This document shows, in pieces, positions 10,538-22,696 of a stretch of DNA of 64,000 bases. Source of the stretch: an uncultured Alphaproteobacteria bacterium. Its GTDB lineage: Bacteria > Pseudomonadota > Alphaproteobacteria > HIMB59. Every line of letters starts with the position of its first letter. Within the stretch, counting starts at the first letter, position 1. The notes under the pieces are model-generated. The model saw only the letters and a list, made by a program, of their open reading frames with translations, searched no databases and was not told the DNA's origin. Both the position numbers and the translations under genes were made by a program. The stretch spans positions 2,118-66,117 of the forward strand of contig CACNEB010000007.1 of assembly GCA_902619375.1 (NCBI GenBank), read 5' to 3'.

Positions 10538-11872
10538 TTGTTACAAAAATCAGATCTTATAAATTATTTCTACTCCAATTTTACTGATCCTGAGTATAAA
10601 GGCATTGGAACTGAACATGAAAAATTTATCTTTTATAAAGATAATAAAAGATTTCAATTTGATGGAGAGGTAAGTATACAAAATTTATTTCAATTTTTCT
10701 TATCAAAGGGTTGGCAAAAAAAAGAATACAATAGTTTCAATCAATTAATATCTTTGTCTAAAAATGGTGCTAGCATTACTTTAGAGCCAGGGTGTCAACT
10801 AGAATTATCTGGTAAAATTTTAAAGAATGTTCATCAAACATGTACGGAGTCTTATGAACATTTAAGAGAATTAAAAGAATATGCCGAATTGAATGAATTA
10901 TGCATTTTAGGACTAGGATTTGATCCAATAAGTAAATTAGAGGATTTAACTTTTATTCCAAAAGAGCGTTATAAAATTATGAGTGAATATATGCCTAAAG
11001 TTGGCTCAAGAGGATTAGATATGATGACCCGAACATGTACTGTTCAAGCAAATTTAGATTATTTTAATGAAACAGATCTCATTAAAAAATTTGTTGTTTC
11101 TAATAGAATTCAACCAATAGTTATGGGTGTATTTTGTAACTCGCCCTTTCGTGAGTCGAAATATAATAATTTAGTGAGTAATCGAATTTATACATGGCAA
11201 GACACTGATGATCAAAGATGTGGAATAAAAAGATCATTTCTTAACAAGAGTTTTTCTATTGAGGAATATGTTGACTTTGTTTTGGAAGTAAAAAACTATT
11301 TTTTAAAGATAAATGGAAAACAATATGACACAACAGATTATACTTTTAATGAATTGTTAACTAAAAACACCTCAAATAAAGACCTTTCAAATTACAACAT
11401 ATCAATACAAGATTGGATAAATCATCTCTCCACAATTTTTACAGAGGTAAGATTGAAGTCATATATAGAACTTAGAGGTGCAGACGCTGGGAAATGGGAA
11501 ATGATTTGTGCTCTTCCAGCATTTTGGATTGGTATACTTTATGATGATGAAAATCTTGAACATCTGTGGAAAGAAACTAGTTCTTGGCCAGAGAATGATA
11601 TTTTAAATTTGTATCAAGAGGTCCCTTATAAAGGACTTAAAAGCAACTTTATTAATTCGCCCTTATATGAGCATGGTAAAAACCTTCTTAACCTCGCTAA
11701 AAAGGGATTAGAAAAAAGAGGTTATCTAAATTCTGAAGGAAGTGATGAAAGTATTCATCTTGAAAAATTATATAATATTGTTGAAAAACAAAAAAATCCT
11801 GCAGATTTGTTAATTGAAGAGTTTAAGGATAAAAAAGATATATTATCATTATTAAATAATACCTATTATTGA
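10538..11872 (+). CDS. gshA: Glutamate-cysteine ligase (alphaproteobacterial/plant type)
   Basis: IGTEHEKF, ITLEPG.QLELSG, TCTVQANLD, EVRLK.YIELRGAD. Confidence 0.93.
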   Translation: MLQKSDLINYFYSNFTDPEYKGIGTEHEKFIFYKDNKRFQFDGEVSIQNLFQFFLSKGWQKKEYNSFNQLISLSKNGASITLEPGCQLELSGKILKNVHQTCTESYEHLRELKEYAELNELCILGLGFDPISKLEDLTFIPKERYKIMSEYMPKVGSRGLDMMTRTCTVQANLDYFNETDLIKKFVVSNRIQPIVMGVFCNSPFRESKYNNLVSNRIYTWQDTDDQRCGIKRSFLNKSFSIEEYVDFVLEVKNYFLKINGKQYDTTDYTFNELLTKNTSNKDLSNYNISIQDWINHLSTIFTEVRLKSYIELRGADAGKWEMICALPAFWIGILYDDENLEHLWKETSSWPENDILNLYQEVPYKGLKSNFINSPLYEHGKNLLNLAKKGLEKRGYLNSEGSDESIHLEKLYNIVEKQKNPADLLIEEFKDKKDILSLLNNTYY

Positions 11873-11879
11873 ATTTGCT

Positions 11880-12824
11880 ATGAAATTTCTTTTTCAAATG
11901 GATGATCCCAAAAAAATAAATATTAACGAGGACTCTACTTATATGTTAATCAAGGAATCTTTAAATAGGGGTATAGATTGTTATTACAATGATCCAAGAT
12001 GGGTATTTAGTGAGATTAATAAAGTTAATAAAATTAAATCCAACGTTTCTAGATTAAGTTTGAAAAAAAATAATCAGCTTTCGTATCAAAGAAAGATCCT
12101 AAAAGAAATTGATTTAGAACATATGAATGCCATTTTTATTCGACAAGATCCACCCTTCGATTTAAATTATATTTCTAATACCTATTTATTAGATCAATTA
12201 AAAAAACCTTTAATTTTAAATAATTCAAAGGAGATTAGGAACTTCCCAGAAAAACATATTATGATGAACTTCCCAGAATTAACTCCCCCGACGTTAATAT
12301 CATCAAATATAGAAGCCATCATAAAGTTTATAAAGAAGAATAAAGAGGTCATTATAAAACCCGCTTATGGAAATGGGGGATTAGGAATTCAAAAAATTAG
12401 CCATAATAAGACTAATCTCAATACATTCTTAAAAAATTACATAAAAAAATTTTCGAATTGCCCAGTAATTATTCAAAGATTCCTTAAAAATTTCAAAAAA
12501 GGAGACAAAAGAATTATTCTCATAAACGGGGACATTGCTGGAGCTGTATTAAGAGTGCCTAGAACTAATAGCATAAAGGCCAATTTTCATGCTGGTGGAA
12601 GGGCAGTAGAAACCAATATCACTGACAAAGATAAGTACATTTGTAAAAAAATAAAATCATTTTTGGTGAAAAAAAAATTATTTTTTGTTGGTATTGATGT
12701 AATAGATGGCTATCTAACAGAAATAAATATTACATCTCCTACTGGAATTCAAGAAATCAACAGATTAAATAAAAGTAAGATTGAAAAAGATATTATTGAT
12801 TTTGTTTTAAGATCACTGAAATAA
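11880..12824 (+). CDS. gshB: Glutathione synthetase
   Basis: FQMD, RQDPPFD, GDKRI, TEINITSPTG. Confidence 0.95.
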   Translation: MKFLFQMDDPKKININEDSTYMLIKESLNRGIDCYYNDPRWVFSEINKVNKIKSNVSRLSLKKNNQLSYQRKILKEIDLEHMNAIFIRQDPPFDLNYISNTYLLDQLKKPLILNNSKEIRNFPEKHIMMNFPELTPPTLISSNIEAIIKFIKKNKEVIIKPAYGNGGLGIQKISHNKTNLNTFLKNYIKKFSNCPVIIQRFLKNFKKGDKRIILINGDIAGAVLRVPRTNSIKANFHAGGRAVETNITDKDKYICKKIKSFLVKKKLFFVGIDVIDGYLTEINITSPTGIQEINRLNKSKIEKDIIDFVLRSLK

Positions 12825-15005
12825 ATTTTCAAAAAGCTTATTTATATTTTTTTGAATTAAATCTTCTATAGGTTTTTTTACAGTCCCATCAGGTATGACT
12901 CTTTCATAGGAATAATTTCCATTTTGATATTTTATAACAAAATTCTCATTGTCGATAATATCAAAAATTGTAATTTTAAAATTATTCAAAGCTAATTCTA
13001 ATTCTGCCTCTAAAGTCTCTCCGTTTGGTGATGTTAAAATTAAGTTTTTAATTTTCAATTCATTTAAATTATTATTTGAAATTTGTCCAGAAATAGAACT
13101 ACTTTGATTAATGAAAGAATTTGTTAATGTGTTTAAAAATTCATTAATTTGTTCAAAATCCTCAATGTCTTGAGATAGAGATTGAATAAATAAAACTAGT
13201 GCAAATTCCTCTTCAGTAATATTAACATTAATATCACCATCTATGATTCCAGATATATTTTTAATATTTTTAAGATTAACAGGTTCAGAAACATCTAAAG
13301 TTAAATCAATTTTTCCTTTAATACGAGATGTATTTAAAAATAAACGATCAAAATTAGATAAATTTAAATCATTTAATTTGACTGTACCAGTAAACATCTG
13401 ATTTTTAATTGATCCAGAAATATTTGAAATTTTATCTTTATTTATTAGATCTAAATTTTCTATCAAAAATAGATCACTGACTGGATCAACGTATAAGCTT
13501 GATTCTAAATAATCAAAGTCAACAAGATCCACAATATTCGTAAAATCCTCTTCAGTTAATTCAGAGATGATATTTAATAGTTCTGTTTTATTTAAATTTT
13601 CAATTCCAATATTTAAAGAGGCATTATTAAAATTATTAAGATCCAAATTACCGTCAATTAATAAATTAGAACCCTTTAAATTAACAAATTTAAGATCTTC
13701 AATAGTTAAATTTGTGCCATTTATAAGGCCTCTCATGTTGATATGTTCCGTATTTAATGTTTTTAACAATTTAATTAATGAGTTAGATGGAATTAACTCA
13801 AATTGTCTAAACTGGTTTAATTGAATATCTAATTGTAGACTATTGATATCACCAAGCCCATAACTGCCGCTAATTTGAATAATATTTTCATCTTTATTAG
13901 TTATATTTATTTGATCAATTGTAAAAATATTATTTGTGAAATTGCTTGATAATTCAATTTCATCAAATTCAAATTGATTTACTAACTTCGAATAAGGTAA
14001 AAATTCTAATAATACTGATAAGTCATCTTTGGAACTAGAATTAAGTCTAACATTAAAGTTAGCATTATAAAAATCAAGATTTTCAATATTTCCGTTTAAA
14101 TCTAAGTTTGTTCCATGATCAGAGATATACAAGATTTTATTAATAGTTAAATTATTAGAATTGTAGTTTAAATCAAAAGTCTCAATTATTCCTTGAGGAA
14201 TATCTATAATTTCATTGAAAATATTTATATTACTAATCATTTGAAATAAATTATTTGAAGAGATATTTTGACCTCTAATTGATAAATCAGATCTAATTAA
14301 ATTGCTTAAATTGATATTCCCCTCAATATTAATTTGTGATTTATCAGCTAAAGTAATAACTAGGTTTTCAATATTTAAATTTTCTTTTACATATTCACCT
14401 TTTATGTCAAGACTTTGAAAATTTATTTTTTTTAAAACTTCCTGGTAATTTTCTCCTAAAAGTAATATTAGTTCATCTATTTCCAGATTTTCTATGGAAA
14501 AATCAATTTTATTTATGTCGGAGTCAGTTGTAAAAATATCAAAATATAAATCAGAGCCTTTATATTTAAATTTATTTGATATTATTCTTGTATTATTGCC
14601 CTCGTTAGAGATCTTTAATTTTAAATTATCGATATCACCCTCTAGTAAAATCGCATTGTTAACAAAATTTGAATTTATATTTTCTATTCTTGCTTGGTTG
14701 AGTGTAATTGAAATATCATCTGCGTTAAAAATAGATCTAGAAATTTCAATATCAGAAGCTACAAAATCAGTTTGGATTAAATAATGATTAATCATGAAAT
14801 TTGAATTATCAATAGAGAGAATTGGTTTAGGCATAATTTTTAAAGTTTGATTTGATAAACTGTTCAATGTAACAAAACCTTTAGTTTCTCTTTCGACCAT
14901 TTCTTGAGATAAAATATTCATAGGCAACCTTAGAAAACTAAGTCCAAATAAAATCACTAAAATTAAAAATATTGCTATGAGTATTGGGACTTTTAATTTT
15001 TTCAT
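12813..15005 (-). CDS. Membrane-anchored protein with repeated beta-rich modules, AsmA-like
   Basis: N-terminal TM anchor; recurring modules such as NLNIENL..INIEGNINL and NLTIEDL..LLIDGNLDL. Confidence 0.5.
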   Translation of the reverse strand: MKKLKVPILIAIFLILVILFGLSFLRLPMNILSQEMVERETKGFVTLNSLSNQTLKIMPKPILSIDNSNFMINHYLIQTDFVASDIEISRSIFNADDISITLNQARIENINSNFVNNAILLEGDIDNLKLKISNEGNNTRIISNKFKYKGSDLYFDIFTTDSDINKIDFSIENLEIDELILLLGENYQEVLKKINFQSLDIKGEYVKENLNIENLVITLADKSQINIEGNINLSNLIRSDLSIRGQNISSNNLFQMISNINIFNEIIDIPQGIIETFDLNYNSNNLTINKILYISDHGTNLDLNGNIENLDFYNANFNVRLNSSSKDDLSVLLEFLPYSKLVNQFEFDEIELSSNFTNNIFTIDQINITNKDENIIQISGSYGLGDINSLQLDIQLNQFRQFELIPSNSLIKLLKTLNTEHINMRGLINGTNLTIEDLKFVNLKGSNLLIDGNLDLNNFNNASLNIGIENLNKTELLNIISELTEEDFTNIVDLVDFDYLESSLYVDPVSDLFLIENLDLINKDKISNISGSIKNQMFTGTVKLNDLNLSNFDRLFLNTSRIKGKIDLTLDVSEPVNLKNIKNISGIIDGDINVNITEEEFALVLFIQSLSQDIEDFEQINEFLNTLTNSFINQSSSISGQISNNNLNELKIKNLILTSPNGETLEAELELALNNFKITIFDIIDNENFVIKYQNGNYSYERVIPDGTVKKPIEDLIQKNINKLFENLFQ

Positions 15006-15014
15006 TTATTCATT

Positions 15015-15941
15015 CTACAAATATAGGAACACAAAATAGATCATATAGGCTAATATAAAGCCAAGAGAAATTAATTTTCCAGCTAATTTTAAAGAAATAA
15101 TTATAAAAAATAATAAAGAAGTTATTAAAAATAGCCATTTATCAATTTGACCAAGTAATTCATAAAAATTTATACTTCCATTGATTAGTACAGCAATAAT
15201 CGTTATTCCAAATATGTTGGCTATATTTGATCCGAGAATATTTCCAATTGCCAAATTATTTTGTTTTTTCACAATTGATAAAATTGTTGCAATTACTTCA
15301 GGCAAAGAAGTACCAAAAGCAACAATTGTTATTCCAATCGTAGTTTCTGCAACACCAAATATGCTAGTTAAATCTTTTGCATAAACAATAAAATATTTAG
15401 AACTAAAAAATAAAGCTATAAATGCTAATATTATTTTTAAAATAATAAAAAAAGATGAAGAATGTGTTATCTCGGATATTGTGTTAGTTTCATCAATTGG
15501 TTTTTTTAATTCAAAATAAATAAAAAAACAAAGTAATCCAAAAAGTAAAGCACCGTACATGTAGCTAATATTAAAATTAAATATTATGAAAATAAAAAAA
15601 ACGATTGAAAAAATTAAAAAAAATAAAAAAGTACTTTTATCCCTTTTATCAGTTACTAACATAGTAATGGGATATAACATGATACCCCCTACCAATAAAA
15701 TATTTGCAATATTACTTCCAACAAGATTACCTGCTACTATTCCCACAGAATTTAACTTTAATGCTTGAAATGTTGCTGCAAACTCAGGGAGGGAAGTGCC
15801 AATAGCTATTATAAATATTCCAACAAGGATTGGCCTAATTTTATAAACGTGTGAGATTAATATTGAATTTTTTATTGCAAAATCACATGACCATATTAAT
15901 AGAGCAAGACTTATTAATACTCCTAATAAACTCTCAATCAA
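15015..15941 (-). CDS. Ca2+/Na+ antiporter (YrbG/CaCA family)
   Basis: Two GTSLPE ... GN..GSNIAN repeats. Confidence 0.92.
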   Translation of the reverse strand: MIESLLGVLISLALLIWSCDFAIKNSILISHVYKIRPILVGIFIIAIGTSLPEFAATFQALKLNSVGIVAGNLVGSNIANILLVGGIMLYPITMLVTDKRDKSTFLFFLIFSIVFFIFIIFNFNISYMYGALLFGLLCFFIYFELKKPIDETNTISEITHSSSFFIILKIILAFIALFFSSKYFIVYAKDLTSIFGVAETTIGITIVAFGTSLPEVIATILSIVKKQNNLAIGNILGSNIANIFGITIIAVLINGSINFYELLGQIDKWLFLITSLLFFIIISLKLAGKLISLGFILAYMIYFVFLYL

Positions 15942-17920
15942 TTCACACCCATTTGATCTTTTTTAAGTTTCCTTATCTCATCTCTGAACATTGCAGCTTT
16001 TTCAAAATCTAAATTTTCAGCTGCAGATAACATTTTTTTCTCTAATTTTTGAACATGTTTTTCAAATTTATTAGGACTCAATTTATCAATTTCAGATGTA
16101 CCGACAGTATAGCTATCTTTTTCATAGATGCTCTCGATAATTTCACCAATATTTCTTTTCACTGATTGAGGAGTAATGTTATTTTTCTTATTAAATTCAA
16201 TTTGTTTATTTTTTCTGTATTTTGTTTCCTCAAGAGCTGCTTTAATACTTTTAGTTAATACATCTGCATATAAAATCACCTTTCCATCTATATTTCTAGC
16301 TGCACGACCTATAGTTTGGACCAAACTAGTTTTTGACCTTAAGTAACCCTCTTTGTCAGCGTCAAGAATGGCGACTAAACCACACTCAGGAATATCTAGT
16401 CCTTCTCTGAGTAAATTAATACCAATTAAAATATCAATCTCCCCAATTCTTAAAGAGCGAATAAGTTTTATTCTATCAATAGTCTCAACATCAGAGTGCA
16501 TATATTCAGCCTTTAAATTATGTTCTTTTAAGTAATTGGTTAAGTCCTCGGCATTTTTTTTTGTAAGAGTTGTAATCAATACTCTATTTTTATTATTAAG
16601 TGTTATTTTAATTTCACCCATCAAATCTTCCACTTGATTGACAGTTGTTTTGATCACACACTCAGGATCAATTAGACCTGTGGGTCGTATGATTTGTTCA
16701 ACATACTCATTTTCGACTTCATTCAATTCCCATGGGCCAGGAGTTGCAGATAAAAAAATAGTGGGGGGACGCATCATATTCCATTCTTCAAAAGTTAAAG
16801 GTCGATTATCCAATGCAGATGGAAGTCTAAATCCATAATCTGATAAAGTTTTTTTTCTAGATCGGTCACCTTTATACATTCCATTTATTTGAGGCACGGA
16901 TACATGAGACTCATCAATTATAAGAAGCGAGTTTTCTGGAATAAACTCGTATAGAGTTGGTGGTGCTTCACCAGGTTGTCTTCCACTTAAATATCTCGAG
17001 TAATTCTCAATTCCTGAACATGTTCCCGTTGCCTGTATCATTTCCAAATCAAAATTAGTTCTCTCTTTTAATCTTTGAAATTCAAGCAACTTTTTTTCCT
17101 TATCAAACTCTTCAAGTCTTATTTTTAAATCTTTCTTAATTTCTTTAATTGCGTTCTCTAATCGTGGTTTTGGAGTAATGTAATGACTATTTGCAAAGAT
17201 TTTTACTTCTTCAAAGCTTTGAATGAATTCACCTGTGAGAGGATCAAACTCTTTAATGTCTTCCACCTCATCTCCAAAAAAACTTATCCTCCAAGCTATA
17301 TCCTCTAAATGCGCAGGAAAAACATCAACCCGATCTCCAGTTACTCGAAACATACCTCTTCTAAAATCAATATTATTTCTTTTATACTGTAACTCTACTA
17401 ATTCTCTCAGGAACTCCATTAAATTAATGTTCTGTCCTTTTTTTATTTCTAAAGTCATTTTAGAGTAAGAGTCAACGGACCCGATGCCGTATATACATGA
17501 AACACTTGCTACAATAATTACATCTTCTCTTTCTACTAATGATCTAGTTGCTGAGTGTCTAAAACGATCTATTTGCTCATTTATAGAGGACTCTTTTTCT
17601 ATGAATGTATCTGATCGAGGTACATAAGCTTCTGGTTGATAATAATCATAATAACTCACAAAATACTCAACTGCATTTTTAGGAAACAATACTTTTAACT
17701 CCTCATATAATTGCGCAGCCAAAGTCTTATTTGGAGCCATAATCAATGTTGGTCTGTTATATTTTTCAATAACATTTGCAATTGTAAATGTTTTTCCAGA
17801 GCCGGTTACACCCAATAATACTTGGCTTTGTTTCCTTTTTTCTAAACCATCAATCAATTTTTTAATTGCTTGGGGCTGATCTCCTTTAGGTTTATTTTCA
17901 CTTACTATTTTAAACGGCAT
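15938..17920 (-). CDS. uvrB: Excinuclease ABC subunit B
   Basis: [24 protein letters not shown]-terminal UVR domain. Confidence 0.97.
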   Translation of the reverse strand: MPFKIVSENKPKGDQPQAIKKLIDGLEKRKQSQVLLGVTGSGKTFTIANVIEKYNRPTLIMAPNKTLAAQLYEELKVLFPKNAVEYFVSYYDYYQPEAYVPRSDTFIEKESSINEQIDRFRHSATRSLVEREDVIIVASVSCIYGIGSVDSYSKMTLEIKKGQNINLMEFLRELVELQYKRNNIDFRRGMFRVTGDRVDVFPAHLEDIAWRISFFGDEVEDIKEFDPLTGEFIQSFEEVKIFANSHYITPKPRLENAIKEIKKDLKIRLEEFDKEKKLLEFQRLKERTNFDLEMIQATGTCSGIENYSRYLSGRQPGEAPPTLYEFIPENSLLIIDESHVSVPQINGMYKGDRSRKKTLSDYGFRLPSALDNRPLTFEEWNMMRPPTIFLSATPGPWELNEVENEYVEQIIRPTGLIDPECVIKTTVNQVEDLMGEIKITLNNKNRVLITTLTKKNAEDLTNYLKEHNLKAEYMHSDVETIDRIKLIRSLRIGEIDILIGINLLREGLDIPECGLVAILDADKEGYLRSKTSLVQTIGRAARNIDGKVILYADVLTKSIKAALEETKYRKNKQIEFNKKNNITPQSVKRNIGEIIESIYEKDSYTVGTSEIDKLSPNKFEKHVQKLEKKMLSAAENLDFEKAAMFRDEIRKLKKDQMGVN

Positions 17921-17967
17921 ACTTGTAGAAATTTATAAATAAGTTTATAGATAACTAAATAAAAAAA

Positions 17968-19164
17968 ATGATTTCAAATAGAGTAAATAACATAAAACCA
18001 TCATTAACAATAGCCACCAATATGAAGGCCCAGGAACTGAAAAGAGCTGGTAAGGATGTGATTGTTTTAGCAGCCGGAGAACCAGATTTTGATACACCTG
18101 ATCACATTAAAAGCGCAGCTATTGAGGCCATAAATAAGGGTTTTACTAAGTATGTACCAGGTAAAGGAACACCAGACTTGCAGGTCGCAATTCAAAAAAA
18201 ATTTCAAAGAGATAATAACTTGGATTATGAACTTGGTAATATTACAGTTGGAGTTGGTGGAAAGCATATAATTTATAATGCTTTCTCTGCAACAATTAAT
18301 CAAGGTGATGAAGTTATTATCCCTGCCCCATATTGGGTGAGTTACCCCGACATTGTAATTTTAAATGATGGAATACCTATAATTGTTGAGTGTGGTGAGC
18401 AAAATGGTTTTAAAATCACACCTGAGGATTTGGAAAAAAATATATCTTCAAAAACAAAATGGCTGATGCTAAATAGCCCAAGTAATCCAACTGGATCTAT
18501 GTATACCAAAGAGGAATTGGTAGCTATAGGAGATGTTCTTAAAAGTTATGAAAATATTTATATTTTATCAGATGATATTTATGAAAAGATCGTTTACGAC
18601 ACCAATGAGTTCAAAACAATAGCTGAAGTTTGCCCATTTTTAAAAGAAAGAACGTTAACGATGAATGGATTATCCAAGTCTTATTGCATGACAGGCTGGA
18701 GAGTAGGTTACGCAGCAGGTCCAATCAGTCTCATTAATGCAATGAACAAAGTTCAATCACAAAACGTATCCTCAACAGCATCAATATCAATGGCAGCCTC
18801 TGTTGAAGCATTAAATGGAGATCAAAGTTTTATCTTGTCAAACAATGAATCTTTTCTTAGAAGACGTAATTTAGTTGTAAAACATTTAAATGAAACACCT
18901 GGATTGTCTTGCAGAACTCCAGAGGGTGCTTTTTATGTTTTTGCTTCATGTAAAGATGTTTTAGGTAAGACAACTAAGTCTGGTAAAAAACTTTTAACTG
19001 ATGGTGACTTTATGGATTATCTTCTTGAAGAGGTGGGTGTTGCGGGTGTACAAGGTTCTGCATTTGGATTAGAGGGTTTCTTTAGAATTTCTTATGCAAC
19101 TTCTGACTCAATATTACAGGATGCCTGCCAAAGAATTAAAACTGCTTGTTCTAAATTAAGTTAA
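17968..19164 (+). CDS. Class I PLP aminotransferase (aspartate aminotransferase type)
   Basis: GEPDFDTP, NSPSNPTG, SDDIYE, SKSYCMTGWRVG. Confidence 0.92.
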   Translation: MISNRVNNIKPSLTIATNMKAQELKRAGKDVIVLAAGEPDFDTPDHIKSAAIEAINKGFTKYVPGKGTPDLQVAIQKKFQRDNNLDYELGNITVGVGGKHIIYNAFSATINQGDEVIIPAPYWVSYPDIVILNDGIPIIVECGEQNGFKITPEDLEKNISSKTKWLMLNSPSNPTGSMYTKEELVAIGDVLKSYENIYILSDDIYEKIVYDTNEFKTIAEVCPFLKERTLTMNGLSKSYCMTGWRVGYAAGPISLINAMNKVQSQNVSSTASISMAASVEALNGDQSFILSNNESFLRRRNLVVKHLNETPGLSCRTPEGAFYVFASCKDVLGKTTKSGKKLLTDGDFMDYLLEEVGVAGVQGSAFGLEGFFRISYATSDSILQDACQRIKTACSKLS

Positions 19165-20592
19165 TTTACTATTAGAAATAATTTTAGCTATTCGAAGAAT
19201 ATTTGTATTTCCAACTTTTCCAAAAGGTACTCCAGCCGTGATTATTATTTTTTCACCATGTTTTAGTATTTTTCTTACCTTTGCTATTTTACAGGCACGG
19301 TCAACCATCTCAGTTGACGATGAAATTTCATCTACAACATCCATAAAAGTACCCCAAGTTAAAGCATTTTGACGAGCAACTTTTTTATTTGTTGTTAATC
19401 CTATTAAAGTCACATCAGGCCTCATCCTTGCGACTCTTAAAACAGATCTTCCTGATTGAGAAAATGTTGCGATACAATTGCATTCAGCAATTGTAGCCAC
19501 TTCAAGTGCTGCAGTAGCAATAGCCTCTGTTGATGTTTTTACAATATTCAAATTGTAATTTTGAATATTAGCTAAATATTTAGGATCATTTTCAACACGT
19601 TTAATTATTTTATCCATCATTTCTACAGACTCTTTGGGATAATTTCCAGCAGCTGACTCTGCAGATAGCATTACAGCGTCTACCCCTTGAAATACTGCTG
19701 TAGCAACATCAGAGGCCTCTGCTCTTGTCGGAGTAGGTGAGTCAATCATACTTTCAAGCATTTGGGTTGCAACAATACACGGCTTTCCAAATTTTCTACA
19801 TGCAGCTACCATTGTTCTTTGATGAATTGGCACATCTTCTGGATTAGTTTCTACACCCAGATCTCCTCTAGCAACCATAATTCCATCAGAATTTTCAGTT
19901 ATCGACTCAATTTCTTCCATAGCAGACGGTTTTTCTACTTTAACCATTACTTTAAATTTTGCAGGAATAAGTTTTTTTGCTGTTAATAAATCTTTTGTAG
20001 TTTGAATAAATGAAAGAGCAATCCAATCAACATCAAGTTTAATAGCTAGTTCTAAATCTTTTTTATCTTTTGGAGTAATTATTTTTAAATCAAGTTTTGT
20101 ATCTGGAATATTCAATCCTTTGTTATTAGAAATTTCTCCACCATCTGTTACAACGCATTTAATTGCAGAAGCAGATTTTGATTTTACTTTTAATCTTACC
20201 TTACCATCATTAACTAACAGCCTTTGTCCTATCGCTATAGATTTGAAAATTTCTTTATGAGGCAAGTAGACTCGAGAACTATCACCGTCTTTTTTATTTT
20301 GATCAAAAGTAAATATTTGGTTTTTTTTTAGTTGTTCTTTGACATTTAGAAATCTACCAACTCTGAATTTGGGACCCTGCAAGTCACCTAAAATACAAAT
20401 ATAACGATTATGTTTTTTTTCTAAATTTCGAATAATTTTAACTTTTTTTTTGTGATCCTCATGATCACCATGACTAAAATTAAGACGAAATACGTCAGCA
20501 CCGCATAAAAATAATTTCTCAATAGCTTTTTCAGTCTCACAGGCTGGTCCTAAAGTTGCAACGATTTTGGCTTTACGGTTTCTAAGTTTCAT
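19156..20592 (-). CDS. pyk: Pyruvate kinase
   Basis: KIVATLGP, RLNFSHG, MVARGDLG, ATQMLESM, PTRAE. Confidence 0.97.
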   Translation of the reverse strand: MKLRNRKAKIVATLGPACETEKAIEKLFLCGADVFRLNFSHGDHEDHKKKVKIIRNLEKKHNRYICILGDLQGPKFRVGRFLNVKEQLKKNQIFTFDQNKKDGDSSRVYLPHKEIFKSIAIGQRLLVNDGKVRLKVKSKSASAIKCVVTDGGEISNNKGLNIPDTKLDLKIITPKDKKDLELAIKLDVDWIALSFIQTTKDLLTAKKLIPAKFKVMVKVEKPSAMEEIESITENSDGIMVARGDLGVETNPEDVPIHQRTMVAACRKFGKPCIVATQMLESMIDSPTPTRAEASDVATAVFQGVDAVMLSAESAAGNYPKESVEMMDKIIKRVENDPKYLANIQNYNLNIVKTSTEAIATAALEVATIAECNCIATFSQSGRSVLRVARMRPDVTLIGLTTNKKVARQNALTWGTFMDVVDEISSSTEMVDRACKIAKVRKILKHGEKIIITAGVPFGKVGNTNILRIAKIISNSKLT

Positions 20593-20639
20593 TTGATTTG
20601 TTTAGAAATTAATAAATAACATGATATTAGTAAATTACC

Positions 20640-20933
20640 ATGAGTAAAATATCAAAAGAACAAGAATACAAAATTAAAGCTAACGTGCTTGATCATTTAA
20701 TTAATCATTTAAGAGATAGGACTGATGTACAAAATATTGACCTGATGAATCTTAGTGGATTTTGCAGAAATTGTTTATCAAAATGGTATTTAAAATATGC
20801 AAAAGAGGAAAACTATGATCTAGACTATGAGGAATCAAGAAAGATTATTTATGGAATGGCTTACTCTGAATGGAAAAGTAAATATCAGTCAGAGGCGACA
20901 AAAGAACAAATAGAACAATTTAAAAAAAAATAG
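20640..20933 (+). CDS. DUF1244-like protein
   Basis: DVQNIDLMNLSGFCRNCLSKWY. Confidence 0.85.
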   Translation: MSKISKEQEYKIKANVLDHLINHLRDRTDVQNIDLMNLSGFCRNCLSKWYLKYAKEENYDLDYEESRKIIYGMAYSEWKSKYQSEATKEQIEQFKKK

Positions 20934-20938
20934 TTTAG

Positions 20939-22690
20939 ATGACCGAGAAATTGCCGAACTGGAATTTAGGAGATTTTTACTCTTCTATAAAAGATGAAGG
21001 AATTAATCTTGATCTAGAAAAATATAGAAATTTTTCTAAATCTTTTAACAATAAATATAAAGGTCAATTAGTTAATCAAGCTCAAAACATCGAAGGCATC
21101 ATAAAAGAGTATGAAGACGGTAATGAGCTTGGTGACAAGCTTGGAAATTTTGCTTTTTTGATATACGCAACAAATATGAACGACCAAGAGACGGTTCAAT
21201 TCTATCAAGGTATAAATGAAAAACTCACAGAGATATCATCAAACTTGATTTTTTTTACAAACGAAATAAATGCAACAAATGATCAAGAATTTGAAAAATT
21301 TTTATTAAATGCTGGCAAATATAAAAATTGGTTAACTAACATTCGTCGATATAAACAACATCAACTTGATGAAAAGAGTGAGATGATTTTCCTTGATAAG
21401 AACTTAACCTCTAACTCTTCATGGGTGAGATTTTTTGAAGAACAAATAAATGATTTAAAATTTAAAATCGATGATAAAGATTTAAATAGTTCAGAAGCAT
21501 TAAATTTATTATCTGATCATAAAGCAACAACCAGAAAAAAAGCAGCAAAAAGTATTGAAGATGTTTTTAAATCGAATGTTAAGACTTTTTCTTTTATTAC
21601 AAACACTCTCGCAAAAGATAAAATTACTAATGATAAGTGGAGAAAATACAAATCTCCAACAGACTCAAGAAATTTAGCGAACAATGTTGAAAATGAAGTT
21701 GTCGAGGCACTAACTGAAAGTGTTACTTCCAATTACAAGAATATTTCACATCGATACTATAAAATTAAGGCCAAACTTTTTAATCAAGAAAAACTTAATT
21801 ATTGGGATAGAAATGCGCCTTATCCTGACTCACCTAATAAAAAGATAAATTGGTCTGAGGCAAAAGATATTGTAATACGCTCATATGCTAACTTTGATAA
21901 AAGTTTTAAAGATATTGTATTACTATTTTTTAATAACAGTTGGATTGATGCAGAATTAAAATCAGGTAAATCTCCAGGAGCATTTGCAGCTTCTACAATT
22001 CCTTCAATACACCCTTACATTTTGACAAACTTCCACGGTAAAACCAGAGATGTAATGACATTAGCTCATGAACTTGGACATGGATGTCATCAATATTTGT
22101 CTTCTAAACAAGGTTTATTGTTATCCAGCACTCCTCTTACTCTAGCAGAGACAGCAAGTGTTTTTGGAGAGATGATGACTTTTCGAACACTACTTGAAGA
22201 AAGTGATAAGAGTGCCAGAAAATATCTTTTAGCATCAAAAATAGAAGACATGATTAACACTGTTATCAGGCAAATATCATTTTTTGAATTTGAAAAGTTA
22301 GTTCACAATGAGAGAAAAAAAGGAGAATTATCATCTGATCAACTTTGTGATTTTTGGATGAAAACACAATCAGAAAGTCTTGGGCCTAATATTGAATTAA
22401 CAGATGGATATAGATATTTTTGGACATACATACCTCATTTTATTCATACTCCTTTTTATGTATATGCATATGCTTTTGGAGATTGTTTAGTAAACATTTT
22501 GATTCAACTTTATGATGAGGGCCTACCAAACTTTAAGGAAAGTTACATTAATCTTTTAAAAAGCGGTGGTTCGAAACACTACAGTGAAGTTTTAAAACCA
22601 TTTAATGTGGATCTCAAACAAAAAAATAGTTGGGAAAAAGGCCTCTCAATGATTTCAGGTCTAATAGATGAGTTTGAAAAAAGTATTTAG
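20939..22690 (+). CDS. M3 oligoendopeptidase (PepF family)
   Basis: TLAHELGHG, AETAS.FGE, IPHFIHTPFYVYAY. Confidence 0.93.
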   Translation: MTEKLPNWNLGDFYSSIKDEGINLDLEKYRNFSKSFNNKYKGQLVNQAQNIEGIIKEYEDGNELGDKLGNFAFLIYATNMNDQETVQFYQGINEKLTEISSNLIFFTNEINATNDQEFEKFLLNAGKYKNWLTNIRRYKQHQLDEKSEMIFLDKNLTSNSSWVRFFEEQINDLKFKIDDKDLNSSEALNLLSDHKATTRKKAAKSIEDVFKSNVKTFSFITNTLAKDKITNDKWRKYKSPTDSRNLANNVENEVVEALTESVTSNYKNISHRYYKIKAKLFNQEKLNYWDRNAPYPDSPNKKINWSEAKDIVIRSYANFDKSFKDIVLLFFNNSWIDAELKSGKSPGAFAASTIPSIHPYILTNFHGKTRDVMTLAHELGHGCHQYLSSKQGLLLSSTPLTLAETASVFGEMMTFRTLLEESDKSARKYLLASKIEDMINTVIRQISFFEFEKLVHNERKKGELSSDQLCDFWMKTQSESLGPNIELTDGYRYFWTYIPHFIHTPFYVYAYAFGDCLVNILIQLYDEGLPNFKESYINLLKSGGSKHYSEVLKPFNVDLKQKNSWEKGLSMISGLIDEFEKSI

Positions 22691-22696
22691 TTTAAA

